Positions 29,112 through 38,741 of a stretch of 64,000 nt of DNA are shown here, in pieces. The notes under the pieces are model-generated. The model made no database searches. It was not told the origin of the DNA and was given only the letters and a program-made list of their open reading frames with translations. Location: NCBI GenBank assembly GCA_945897185.1, contig CAMDFC010000003.1, positions 6,078 to 70,077 on the forward strand, given 5' to 3'. Position 1 is the stretch's first letter; every line of letters starts with the position of its first letter. Origin of the DNA: Chitinophaga pinensis. GTDB lineage: Bacteria; Bacteroidota; Bacteroidia; Chitinophagales; Chitinophagaceae. Position numbers and translations under genes: made by a program.

Positions 29112-30536
29112 ATGCTAGAACTCATAACAAAATCAATCGACGAAAGTCGTCAAGGTGAGGCATTTCAGGGAGATCGTGTAACCAACAACAATTATTCCAA
29201 GCACTTTTATATCGAAAGCTACGGCTGTCAAATGAATTTTAGTGACAGCGAGATAATCGCCTCTATATTACAAGGCGAGGGTTTTGGTGTTACGAGAAAT
29301 GTTGAGGAGGCAAATTTGATTTTTTTAAACACTTGTTCAATTAGAGAAAAAGCAGAGCAAACTGTTCGTAAAAGACTCACAGAGTTCAAGAAAATTAAAA
29401 AGCAGAATCCTGGTCTTTTAATTGGCGTATTGGGTTGTATGGCTGAGCGCTTGAAGAGTAAGTTGTTGGAAGAGGAAAAGTTAGTAGACCTAGTTGTTGG
29501 TCCGGATGCCTACCGTACACTCCCCTCCCTGATTGAGGAGGCTGGAAACGGAACCAAAGCGGTTAATGTGCTTTTGAGTAGGGATGAAACCTATGCAGAT
29601 ATTTCTCCTGTACGCTTAAACACAAACGGCATTAATTCCTTTGTGAGCATCATGAGGGGCTGTAACAACATGTGTGCCTTTTGTGTAGTGCCTTTTACAA
29701 GAGGAAGAGAAAGAAGCAGAGACAATGAATCAATTGTTGCAGAGTGTAAGGATTTATTTGAAGAGGGTTATAAAGAAGTCACTTTATTGGGTCAGAATGT
29801 AGACAGTTATTATTGGGTTGATTCAAAGAGCAACCATGCTGTTGATTTTGCGATGCTTCTGGAAGAAGTGGCCATGGTTAGTCCGCTTTTAAGGGTACGT
29901 TTCAGCACTTCTCACCCCAAAGACATTACAGATAAGGTGTTGCATACCATGAAAAAGTACCACAACATTTGTAAATACATTCACTTACCTGTCCAAAGTG
30001 GATCTAACAGGGTATTGCAATTGATGAACAGAACGTATACAAGAGAGTGGTATTTGGGCAGGGTGCAAAGAATTAAAGAAATCATGCCTGAATGTGCAAT
30101 CAGTGCTGATATCATTGCTGGTTTTTGTACTGAAGATGAACAAGATCATTTGGAAACCCTCGACATTATGAGGACGTCTGCCTATGAATACAGCTATATG
30201 TTTGCTTATTCAGAAAGACCAGGAACATTGGCAGAAAGAAGATATACAGATGATGTACCTGAAGATGTAAAAAAAAGAAGATTAGCCGAAATTGTACAAT
30301 TGCAAAACAGCTTGTCTTTGGCATCTAACCAAAATGACCTTGGAAAAATTTTCGAAGTATTAATTGAGGGCAATTCGAAGAAAAGTGATCAGCAGTGGAT
30401 GGGAAGAAGTAGTCAATACAAAGTGATGGTATTTGATAAATCAGACCCATCACTTGAGCCTGGATCATATGTTCATGTGCTTGCACTTGAGTGTAGTCAA
30501 GGAACATTGATGGGAAAAATTATAGAAAAGCCTTGA
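29112..30536 (+). CDS. miaB: tRNA i6A37 methylthiotransferase
   Basis: SYGCQMN, NTCSIRE, GVLGCMA, radical-SAM [20 protein letters not shown] and a TRAM domain. Confidence 0.97.
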   Translation: MLELITKSIDESRQGEAFQGDRVTNNNYSKHFYIESYGCQMNFSDSEIIASILQGEGFGVTRNVEEANLIFLNTCSIREKAEQTVRKRLTEFKKIKKQNPGLLIGVLGCMAERLKSKLLEEEKLVDLVVGPDAYRTLPSLIEEAGNGTKAVNVLLSRDETYADISPVRLNTNGINSFVSIMRGCNNMCAFCVVPFTRGRERSRDNESIVAECKDLFEEGYKEVTLLGQNVDSYYWVDSKSNHAVDFAMLLEEVAMVSPLLRVRFSTSHPKDITDKVLHTMKKYHNICKYIHLPVQSGSNRVLQLMNRTYTREWYLGRVQRIKEIMPECAISADIIAGFCTEDEQDHLETLDIMRTSAYEYSYMFAYSERPGTLAERRYTDDVPEDVKKRRLAEIVQLQNSLSLASNQNDLGKIFEVLIEGNSKKSDQQWMGRSSQYKVMVFDKSDPSLEPGSYVHVLALECSQGTLMGKIIEKP

Positions 30537-30552
30537 TTATAAAAAGTTATCA

Positions 30553-31809
30553 ATGGATATACAAAGTATAAAAAACAGATTCGGTATAATTGGAAACTCT
30601 CCTTCACTTAATTACGCTTTGCAAGTTGCAACGCAGGTGGCAAATACCGACCTTACCGTATTAATTGTTGGAGAAAGTGGTGTTGGTAAAGAAATCTTTT
30701 CTCAAATTATTCATACTTTATCACCAAGAAAACACAATCCATTCATTGCAGTCAATTGTGGAGCGATACCAGAAGGCACGATTGATTCTGAATTATTTGG
30801 ACATGAAAAAGGCTCATTTACTGGGGCAGTTGATGCCCGAAAGGGTTATTTTGAAACAGTAAACGGTGGCACCTTGTTTATGGATGAAATTGGTGAAACA
30901 CCTCTTGGTACACAAGCCAGGTTGCTGCGTGTATTAGAAAATGCAGAGTTCATCAGGGTAGGTTCTTCCAAAGTTCAAAAAACAGATGTAAGGGTAATTG
31001 CTGCAACCAACAAAGATTTACTGCTTGCCACACAAAACAATAAGTTTAGAGAAGACCTGTATTATCGTTTAAATACAGTGCCCATAAGGGTTCCATCCCT
31101 TAGAGAGCGCAAAGAAGACATTATTATTTTATTTAGAAAATTTGCAGTCGATTTTGCCGAGAGATACAGAACAAGTCCAATTCAGCTCACCGAGGATGCA
31201 AAATCTCATCTGTTAAACTATCCATGGCCAGGAAATGTAAGAGAGCTTAAAAATATTGCAGAACAAATTTCAGTGCTGTCTGAAGATAAAACTATAACCG
31301 TTCAGTCACTAGAACGTTTTCTTCCAAAAAATTCAACCAACCAATTACCTATGTTAGTTTCGGCTAACAATTATGGAAATAACCAGAGTGAATTCATGAA
31401 CGAAAGAGATATTCTTTATAAACTCTTTTTTGATTTAAAGAAGGATGTTACAGAAATGAAAAAAATGTTTCTTGAAATCATTCAAAATCCAAATTCGATT
31501 TCATCTGTTTCTGATGTAATTGATGAGTCTTACCTTCATGATCTTCCAATGGTAAGGCAGAAACAAGAAAATTATTCAACCAACAATGTTATTCCTGTAG
31601 CTAATCAACCACTCATACTCAATGAAGGAAATTCAATACAAGACACTATTGTTGTTGATGAATCATTGAATATCATGGACAAAGAAAAAGAACTCATTGA
31701 AAAGGCATTAAAAAAACACAAAGGAAAAAGAAAGGATGCCGCTACTGATTTGGGTATTAGCGAAAGAACACTTTACCGTAAACTAAAAGAGTATGACATT
31801 GAAGACTAG
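30553..31809 (+). CDS. Sigma-54-interacting AAA+ regulator with Fis HTH and no N-terminal sensor domain
   Basis: GESGVGKE, NCGAIP, ELFGHEKGSFTGA, FMDEIGE, FREDLYYRL, WPGNVREL and C-terminal LGISERTLYRKL. Confidence 0.92.
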   Translation: MDIQSIKNRFGIIGNSPSLNYALQVATQVANTDLTVLIVGESGVGKEIFSQIIHTLSPRKHNPFIAVNCGAIPEGTIDSELFGHEKGSFTGAVDARKGYFETVNGGTLFMDEIGETPLGTQARLLRVLENAEFIRVGSSKVQKTDVRVIAATNKDLLLATQNNKFREDLYYRLNTVPIRVPSLRERKEDIIILFRKFAVDFAERYRTSPIQLTEDAKSHLLNYPWPGNVRELKNIAEQISVLSEDKTITVQSLERFLPKNSTNQLPMLVSANNYGNNQSEFMNERDILYKLFFDLKKDVTEMKKMFLEIIQNPNSISSVSDVIDESYLHDLPMVRQKQENYSTNNVIPVANQPLILNEGNSIQDTIVVDESLNIMDKEKELIEKALKKHKGKRKDAATDLGISERTLYRKLKEYDIED

Positions 31810-32320
31810 CCAATACCGCAGTTTTTTTAAGAACACCTTCCTTATCTTGTTTGGCATCCTGAGCATTCAAGGAACTTGTCGCTATTCTTTAAAAGACGTT
31901 TCTATCCCCCCAGAAGTAAAGACTGTAAAGGTTTTCTTTATTGAAAATAAGGCCCGATACATTAATCCGCAGCTAAGCCCAAAGCTCACTGATAAATTAA
32001 GACAGAAGATTGTAAATCAGACCAGGTTATCACAGACCAATAACGAAGCGGATTATGAGGTAAGTGGTTACATAAGCGACTATTCTGTGAGTACATCGGG
32101 TATTTCACAACAACAAGTAGCAAGCAATAACCTCAATGTTACGGTTCACATCATATTTCGTAACAGATTAGATGAAAAAAAGAACTTCGAAGCAGATCTT
32201 ACCAGAAATTTCCCATTTTCTTCTAGCAAAAGTTTGACACAAGCTGAAGGTGAGCTAAATGAACAAATTATAAATAACCTAACAGACGAGATCTTTAACC
32301 GGATTTTTTCAAATTGGTAA
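31793..32320 (+). CDS. lptE: LPS assembly lipoprotein LptE-like
   Basis: Hydrophobic leader + C-R-Y-S, LTDKLRQKI, GYISDY and IFNRIFSNW terminus typical of Bacteroidota LptE. Confidence 0.75.
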   Translation: MTLKTSQYRSFFKNTFLILFGILSIQGTCRYSLKDVSIPPEVKTVKVFFIENKARYINPQLSPKLTDKLRQKIVNQTRLSQTNNEADYEVSGYISDYSVSTSGISQQQVASNNLNVTVHIIFRNRLDEKKNFEADLTRNFPFSSSKSLTQAEGELNEQIINNLTDEIFNRIFSNW

Positions 32321-32339
32321 ACAGCGTTATATTAGCAAA

Positions 32340-33176
32340 ATGACCAGAGAAACGGATTATCTGATACAGTCCCTTTTTGAAAAGGAAAATCTAGAAGAAA
32401 TGACCTTAGATGAATTCAGGTCAACTTCCGAACAATATCCGTATTCTTCAATTGTCCAATTTTTATACAGTTGCAAATTAAAGTCCGTTTACCACCTAGA
32501 CTTTCCAGAGCAGGTAACACATAGTGCACTTTTTTTCCCTTCCCCACAATGGCTAAATTATCAATTAAGCGATGAAAGTGAAATTGGAAATTTCAGGCTA
32601 AATCAATACGATGTCAATTTCAACAATGTAACCGAAGATGTTCCATTAGAAATTGAACAACCTATTGAAGACAGCTGGGAATATGACGAGGAGCAATCTA
32701 ACTTTAGCAGTACAGATAATGAAATGGCTTCTGTAGAAAGCATGGGAGAATTAACTCAGCATCAACCACTCATACCAACGGATGATAACCCGGTTCAAGA
32801 TCTTCAAATTCCAATTGAACCCTACCATACTGTAGATTATTTTGCCTCACAAGGCATAAAAACGCTTTTGGATAACCAAAATGACGATTTGGGTAAAAGA
32901 GTAAGAAGTTTCACTGCTTGGCTAAAAACCATGAAAAGTCTTCAACCAGTGCATGGAAATGATCAAATTGAAGATGATGATGAAGAAATAGACAATGGGA
33001 ATGGAGAGCATGTGAAAACGGAAATCATTGCTACTGAAGCCATGGCTGAGGTCTATTTAAAGCAGGGTTTAGCCCATAAAGCCATAGAGGTCTATGCTAA
33101 ATTAAGTTTGCAAAATCCTACCAATAGCCATATTTTTGCATCGAAAATAATTCAGATCAAAGAAAACAAGATATGA
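32340..33176 (+). CDS. Hypothetical acidic protein with C-terminal TPR-like motif
   Basis: PYHTVDYFASQGI, SFTAWLKTMK and TEAMAEVYLKQG..KAIEVY.KLSL.NP; ATGA overlap with secG. Confidence 0.7.
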   Translation: MTRETDYLIQSLFEKENLEEMTLDEFRSTSEQYPYSSIVQFLYSCKLKSVYHLDFPEQVTHSALFFPSPQWLNYQLSDESEIGNFRLNQYDVNFNNVTEDVPLEIEQPIEDSWEYDEEQSNFSSTDNEMASVESMGELTQHQPLIPTDDNPVQDLQIPIEPYHTVDYFASQGIKTLLDNQNDDLGKRVRSFTAWLKTMKSLQPVHGNDQIEDDDEEIDNGNGEHVKTEIIATEAMAEVYLKQGLAHKAIEVYAKLSLQNPTNSHIFASKIIQIKENKI

Positions 33177-33511
33177 CAACTCTTTTCATCGCATTAATCA
33201 TCATTTCCTCCGTTTTGTTGGGTGCTATCGTATTAATTCAAAATCCCAAAGGTGGTGGACTATCTGGAACTATTGCAGGGTTTAGCAATCAGTTCATGGG
33301 GGTAAAACAAACTACGGATGTTTTGGAAAAAGGAACTTGGATTCTTTCTAGCATCTTGGTTGTTCTTTGTCTAGTTTCCACTCTTGTGATAAATTCGGAT
33401 AAAGGGACAGGAACTGAGAATAATATTAAAAATATTCCTACTACTTCAGGTAGTGCTCCAGTTCAACAGACTCCTGCTCCAGTAAGTACTCCAGCAAACA
33501 GTTCAAAATAA
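33173..33511 (+). CDS. secG: Preprotein translocase subunit SecG
   Basis: VLIQNPKGGGLS, GVKQTTDVLEKGTW; two TM helices and a Pro-rich tail. Confidence 0.92.
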   Translation: MTTLFIALIIISSVLLGAIVLIQNPKGGGLSGTIAGFSNQFMGVKQTTDVLEKGTWILSSILVVLCLVSTLVINSDKGTGTENNIKNIPTTSGSAPVQQTPAPVSTPANSSK

Positions 33512-33532
33512 ATTATTTTATATATTAACTTG

Positions 33533-33563
33533 AACCCTGCTTTAATTGAAGCAGGGTTTTTTT
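33533..33563 (+). terminator. Intrinsic terminator after secG
   Basis: AACCCTGCTT-TAATTG-AAGCAGGGTT followed by a T-run. Confidence 0.8.
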
Positions 33564-33575
33564 ATACTACAAGTT

Positions 33576-34646
33576 ATGACCTCAAATAAGAAAAGATCAA
33601 AAAAGAAACAAAGTAGAAAAGGAATAAGAGTAGGCTTAATTTTAATTGGAGTTTTAGCTTTTGTTACAGCTGCCTTTTTTTATTTGTTATTTCTTAGTCC
33701 AGCTACAAAGTTCGAAAAAGATGAAATTACCCTCTATATCAACCATAAATCTGCGAATAAACAATTTATAAAAAGCCAATTAGAAAACAAACTACAGACT
33801 GCTCAGTATACCACTTTTCTTGCATTAGCAGAATGGACAGGCTATTGGAAGGAAATAAAAACTGGTAGATATGTTATTGAAAAGGGAATGGGGGTCTTCA
33901 CTTTATTTAGAAAACTACACGGAGGAAGGCAAGATCCTTTAAAAATTACCATTAATAAATTTAGAACCAAAAACGATTTTGCAGAATTCATTGGAAGCAA
34001 ACTGGAAGTATCGCCATCTGAATTTTTGAAATTCATGAAAAACAAGGATTCCATTTCCTATTTGGGTGTTACACAAGAAACAATTTTAACCTTGATTATT
34101 CCAAATACTTATGAAATCTATTGGAATTCGGATCCAAAATCATTTTTTACTAGAATGCATAAAGAAGCAAATAAATTTTGGACAGACAAGCGGTTAGACC
34201 AACTACAGAAATTGGGGTTATCAAAAGAGGAAGCAATAACTGTAGCCTCTATTGTTGAGGAGGAAACCAATAATATTAGTGAAAAATCAACCGTTGCCAG
34301 TGTATACTTAAATAGACTTGATCGAGGAATGCCACTGGGAGCAGACCCCACAGTAAAATATGCAGTCGGAAACTTCATGTTGAAAAGAATAACTTTAAAG
34401 CACATCAATGAAACTGTTTCATCACCCTACAATACTTATAAAAACAAAGGATTGCCCCCAGGTCCTATTTGTACACCATCTGTGGGCTCGATAGACGCAG
34501 TATTAAAAGGAGAAAAGACAGACTATTTGTATTTTTGTGCAAAAGCTGATTTTTCAGGTTCGCATAGTTTTGCGGCAACTGCAGAAGAGCATTTCAGCAA
34601 TGCAAGAAAATACCGTAAAGCACTTGATAGTCTGGGTATTCATTAA
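33576..34646 (+). CDS. mltG: Endolytic transglycosylase MltG; ATG 33576 preferred over TTG 33546 inside the terminator
   Basis: N-terminal basic + TM anchor, IPNTYE, ASIVEEET (catalytic Glu), LGADPTV, YNTYKNKGLPPGPI and YLYFCA. Confidence 0.93.
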   Translation: MTSNKKRSKKKQSRKGIRVGLILIGVLAFVTAAFFYLLFLSPATKFEKDEITLYINHKSANKQFIKSQLENKLQTAQYTTFLALAEWTGYWKEIKTGRYVIEKGMGVFTLFRKLHGGRQDPLKITINKFRTKNDFAEFIGSKLEVSPSEFLKFMKNKDSISYLGVTQETILTLIIPNTYEIYWNSDPKSFFTRMHKEANKFWTDKRLDQLQKLGLSKEEAITVASIVEEETNNISEKSTVASVYLNRLDRGMPLGADPTVKYAVGNFMLKRITLKHINETVSSPYNTYKNKGLPPGPICTPSVGSIDAVLKGEKTDYLYFCAKADFSGSHSFAATAEEHFSNARKYRKALDSLGIH

Positions 34647-34655
34647 TAACAACCA

Positions 34656-35606
34656 ATGATCAAAATAGAACGAATCATTTTGGAAAGCCCTCCTGTAAAA
34701 ACGATCATTAATTGGTCAAAAAAGATATTATTACCAGGCTTTGAAAAAATTCCACTCTATGATGTTGTGTTGTTTTTTATCAAACAGACTCAGCAAATTG
34801 GATTAAACGAGCGAGCGTCATCCATTGCATTTAATTTTCTGATGGCTATACCTCCTTTACTCATATTTGTATTTACTTTATTATCCTATATCCCTGGATC
34901 GAAAAATATTTATAGTGAAATGCTTGTCCTGTTAAATACTGTTATACCTGATGTAACAACATTTAATATGATTAAGAAAGTAATGGATGATTTTTTTGCA
35001 GGAGGTACCGGAACCTTGTCTTTTGGATTATTGTTGGCAATCTATTTCTCATCAAATGCAACATTGACCATCATGAGAACATTTCGAAAGTCAATGCTTC
35101 ATATTGAAATAGAAGACCGTAATTTTTTACAAATAAGATGGAGCGCAATTAGACTTACCGCGATAATTATACTTTTGCTTCTTGCCACAATTTTGATCAT
35201 GATAACTCAAACTGTCATTTTAAAGTGGATTACGGAACAATTAAATATTCAAGACAAATGGGTTGATCTTCTATTTAACCTGGCTCACTTTATAATTACA
35301 TTTTTATTAATATTTATTGCAATAGGTTTAATATATAGATTTGCACCACATGTACAAAAAAAGTGGAAAATACGCTCCCCTGGAGCAATTCTGGCAACCA
35401 TTTTGATTATCTCATTTACTTATCTTTTTTCTTATTGGGTAAACAATATTGCGTCATACAATAAAGTATATGGATCTTTAGGAAGTATTTTAATTCTAAT
35501 GTTTTTGGTCTTTGTTAATTCATTGGTTCTATTAATAGGCTTTGAATTAAATGTGAGCATCAATTCACTTAAACGAATTTCTGAAAAAAGAAATATTATA
35601 TCATGA
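34656..35606 (+). CDS. YihY/virulence factor BrkB family membrane protein
   Basis: RASSIAFNF..AIPP, IYRFAP, SPGA..AT and YNKVYGSLGSILILM. Confidence 0.88.
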   Translation: MIKIERIILESPPVKTIINWSKKILLPGFEKIPLYDVVLFFIKQTQQIGLNERASSIAFNFLMAIPPLLIFVFTLLSYIPGSKNIYSEMLVLLNTVIPDVTTFNMIKKVMDDFFAGGTGTLSFGLLLAIYFSSNATLTIMRTFRKSMLHIEIEDRNFLQIRWSAIRLTAIIILLLLATILIMITQTVILKWITEQLNIQDKWVDLLFNLAHFIITFLLIFIAIGLIYRFAPHVQKKWKIRSPGAILATILIISFTYLFSYWVNNIASYNKVYGSLGSILILMFLVFVNSLVLLIGFELNVSINSLKRISEKRNIIS

Positions 35607-36376
35607 AAAAACAACCACGACCATTCATTTTAGCTGAAACCAACTGGAAAGAAATCCAACAGCACCATTTTGACATTGCCGTATTACCCTGGGGAGCTAC
35701 CGAGGCACATAATTACCATATGCCTTATGGAACCGATAATTACCAGGTTGAATATTTGGCTTTAGCCAGTGCAGAAATTGCATGGGAAAAAGGGAATAAG
35801 GTAATTGTTTTACCCAATATACCTTTTGGTGTTAATACAGGGCAACTAGATGTACCATTTTGTATCAATATGAATCCATCTACACAATTGGCAATTTTAA
35901 ACGATGTATGCGATGTGCTTTTAAGACATGGAATAACAAAACTGGTCATTTTAAATGGCCATGGTGCAAATAATTTTGTTTCCATGATCAGAGAGTTGGC
36001 TGGTAAATTCCCTTCTCTTTTTGTCTGTGTAATCAATTGGTTCAATGCTGCTCCAAAACAAGACATCTTTCAAAATAAAGGAGATCATGCGGATGAGATG
36101 GAAACCAGTGTTATGATGCATCTTTATCCCCACCTACTTTTACCCTTGTCTGAAGCCGGAGATGGAGCAACTAAAAGTTTCGATATCAAGGGAATGAAGG
36201 AAGGCTGGGCATGGACACAAAGACCATGGACAATGATTACAAAAGATACTGGATCTGGAGATCCTTCACTGTCAAACCCAGTAAAGGGAAAATTATTTCT
36301 TGAGAAATGTGCTGAGCATATTTCAGAATTCTATGGAGAAATTAATGGAAAGTCGATTTCATCAATGTTAAAATAA
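35603..36376 (+). CDS. Creatininase/ArfB/MftE family metal-dependent amidohydrolase
   Basis: LPWGATEAHNYHMPYGTD, LNGHGAN and DHADEMETS; ATGA overlap with yihY. Confidence 0.9.
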   Translation: MKKQPRPFILAETNWKEIQQHHFDIAVLPWGATEAHNYHMPYGTDNYQVEYLALASAEIAWEKGNKVIVLPNIPFGVNTGQLDVPFCINMNPSTQLAILNDVCDVLLRHGITKLVILNGHGANNFVSMIRELAGKFPSLFVCVINWFNAAPKQDIFQNKGDHADEMETSVMMHLYPHLLLPLSEAGDGATKSFDIKGMKEGWAWTQRPWTMITKDTGSGDPSLSNPVKGKLFLEKCAEHISEFYGEINGKSISSMLK

Positions 36377-36389
36377 ATCTGTTAGAAAA

Positions 36390-38741
36390 ATGAGAAGTTT
36401 GATTTTGTGTTCATTCTTGCTTTTATCAACAATAGTAAAAGCCCAAAACAACTACCAAGTAAACTTCAATTTTAAAAACTTACCAAAAAAGAATAAAACG
36501 ATTGTTGATGTAAGTATTTTAAATTTTGATATCCTACCCTCAGAAAACAATGAGCAATTTGTTGTTTTTAGCAACATTCCAGAAGGAAATTACCAAGCAA
36601 AAATAAGTGCTGAAGGTTTTGCCACCCAAGTGGTATCTTTTTATGTTGATAAAGATATGGTTATCGAAGTACTGATGCAACCGGACTATAAAAACCTGGG
36701 AGATGTAATTGTAAATGCCAATAAAAGAGATTTAAATATATTTTTAGTACCCGCAGCCATTACTTCACTTAATTCAAAACAAATTAGAGATATGCGAATT
36801 TGGGAGGTCAGTGATTTGTCGGGTTTAGCCCCAAATCTCTTTTTATCAAATTCAGGAGACAACAGAAATGTAACTTCGATTAGAGGTATTACTACTACAT
36901 CATATGAACAAGCTGTTGTTACATATATAGATGGTGTTGCTCAATTTAATTTAGACACATACATTCCACAATTACAGAACGTGGATAAAATTGAAATTAT
37001 AAGAGGCGCTCAAGGTACTATGTATGGAAGAAACGCAATGGGTGGTATCATTAACATTACCACCAAAAAGCCACTAAATAAAACAACAGCATTTGCAGAT
37101 GTTCAGCTTGGAAATTTCGGTCAACAACGTTATTCTGGAGGTATAAGTGCACCAATAATTAAAGACAAACTGTTCATAGGTGTATCTGCTATGCATGACA
37201 AAAAAAATGGCTTTTTTACAAATACCTTATTCAATGAAAAATATGATAAGCAACAGCAGTCAATGGTCGATCTGCAATTGAGGTATTTTTTAAAGAAGAA
37301 TTGGAGTATAATGGCTGATTACAAACAATATATTGGAATAAACAATGGTGCCTTCCCTCTTGTAAATGACCTTACTTCCCTATTTGAAAAACCATATGAA
37401 CTTTCGCAGAATCAGTTATCTCTAATGAGAGACAACACATCAAATTCTTCAGTGAGTATAAAGCACAAAGGTCAAAAATTTGATTTAACTATTCAATCTT
37501 CTTATCAAAGAAATTACCGATACTATGAAAAAACTTTAGATGCAGATTTTTCACCAGCCGATATAGTTGGGGTGTTTAATAATTATGGAAACAAATACAA
37601 TACAGTTGGAATTTTTTCCAATGAATTACGTTTACAATCAACAAAAGACATCAATTCTGGCGGATTAGAATGGACAGCTGGCATCTTCCATTTTATGCAA
37701 AGAAATCCGGGTAGACAAGCCATTGTCTTTGGCAGCGATGCAAGGTTCATTGGAGTACCCGATGTAAATTTCGCATTGATATCAAACAACAATGCACAGA
37801 ACAATGGTTTGGCAGTCTATGGAAACCTTGGATATAAATTGTCAAAAAACTTATCACTGATTGGGGGCTTGAGAATGGATAATGAAAACAGAAGATTAAC
37901 TGTATCAAGCGAATACGAAATGCAGCCGCAGTCACCCATTGTTACTCAACCTCCTATTTCATCAAAAACCAATTACACTGCATTTTCTCCAAAACTGGGC
38001 TTACAATATCAACCAAAAGAATACCAACAAATCTATTTAACCTATTCCAGAGGATTTAGAAGTGGCGGTTTATCTGGTATTGGTTCTGATCCATCGCAGT
38101 TACCGCTCAAGGCTTTCCTTCCCGAATTCAGTAATATGTTTGAGTTGGGCACTAAAGGAAGCAATAAAAAGCAAAGCATCAGGTATGGTTTTGCTGCATT
38201 CTATAATTTGGTTACGAATATTCAAACGCCATTATTGGTTCTACCCGATGCGGTAGTAATAATACAAAATGCGGGTAGATTGAGGTCGTTTGGTATTGAA
38301 TTTGAGATGATGGCTCAAATTACTAAGGGTCTATCTCTTCAATATAATAGCGGTTTTACAGATGCAAAATATATTAAGTTAGAAGGGGTAAATGATGGCG
38401 AACAAATTGATCTTTCGGGAAACAAACAAGTTTTTACCCCTGCGTATACAGAATCCATCGGTTTACAATACGATTTAAACATTGGCAAAAACGTATGGAC
38501 AATTCGAACAGATTATTTGCGTACTGGAAAACAATATTTTGATCTAGCAAACAAGATAGTTCAAAATGAGTATGGCCTATTAAATCTCAGATCATCAATT
38601 AGAACAAATCATTTCGATTTTTCAGTTTGGGCTAGAAACATCGCTGGTACAAAATACATTGACTATGCCTATGATTTTGGAGCCGCCCATTTGGGTAGAC
38701 CGAGAACAATTGGAGTTGGACTTGGATATAGATTTAATTAA
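36390..38741 (+). CDS. TonB-dependent receptor (FyuA-like plug)
   Basis: Signal peptide (VKA-Q), VPAAITSL, SIRGI, YIDGV, IEIIRGAQGTMYGRNAMGGIINI and terminal GLGYRF. Confidence 0.92.
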   Translation: MRSLILCSFLLLSTIVKAQNNYQVNFNFKNLPKKNKTIVDVSILNFDILPSENNEQFVVFSNIPEGNYQAKISAEGFATQVVSFYVDKDMVIEVLMQPDYKNLGDVIVNANKRDLNIFLVPAAITSLNSKQIRDMRIWEVSDLSGLAPNLFLSNSGDNRNVTSIRGITTTSYEQAVVTYIDGVAQFNLDTYIPQLQNVDKIEIIRGAQGTMYGRNAMGGIINITTKKPLNKTTAFADVQLGNFGQQRYSGGISAPIIKDKLFIGVSAMHDKKNGFFTNTLFNEKYDKQQQSMVDLQLRYFLKKNWSIMADYKQYIGINNGAFPLVNDLTSLFEKPYELSQNQLSLMRDNTSNSSVSIKHKGQKFDLTIQSSYQRNYRYYEKTLDADFSPADIVGVFNNYGNKYNTVGIFSNELRLQSTKDINSGGLEWTAGIFHFMQRNPGRQAIVFGSDARFIGVPDVNFALISNNNAQNNGLAVYGNLGYKLSKNLSLIGGLRMDNENRRLTVSSEYEMQPQSPIVTQPPISSKTNYTAFSPKLGLQYQPKEYQQIYLTYSRGFRSGGLSGIGSDPSQLPLKAFLPEFSNMFELGTKGSNKKQSIRYGFAAFYNLVTNIQTPLLVLPDAVVIIQNAGRLRSFGIEFEMMAQITKGLSLQYNSGFTDAKYIKLEGVNDGEQIDLSGNKQVFTPAYTESIGLQYDLNIGKNVWTIRTDYLRTGKQYFDLANKIVQNEYGLLNLRSSIRTNHFDFSVWARNIAGTKYIDYAYDFGAAHLGRPRTIGVGLGYRFN

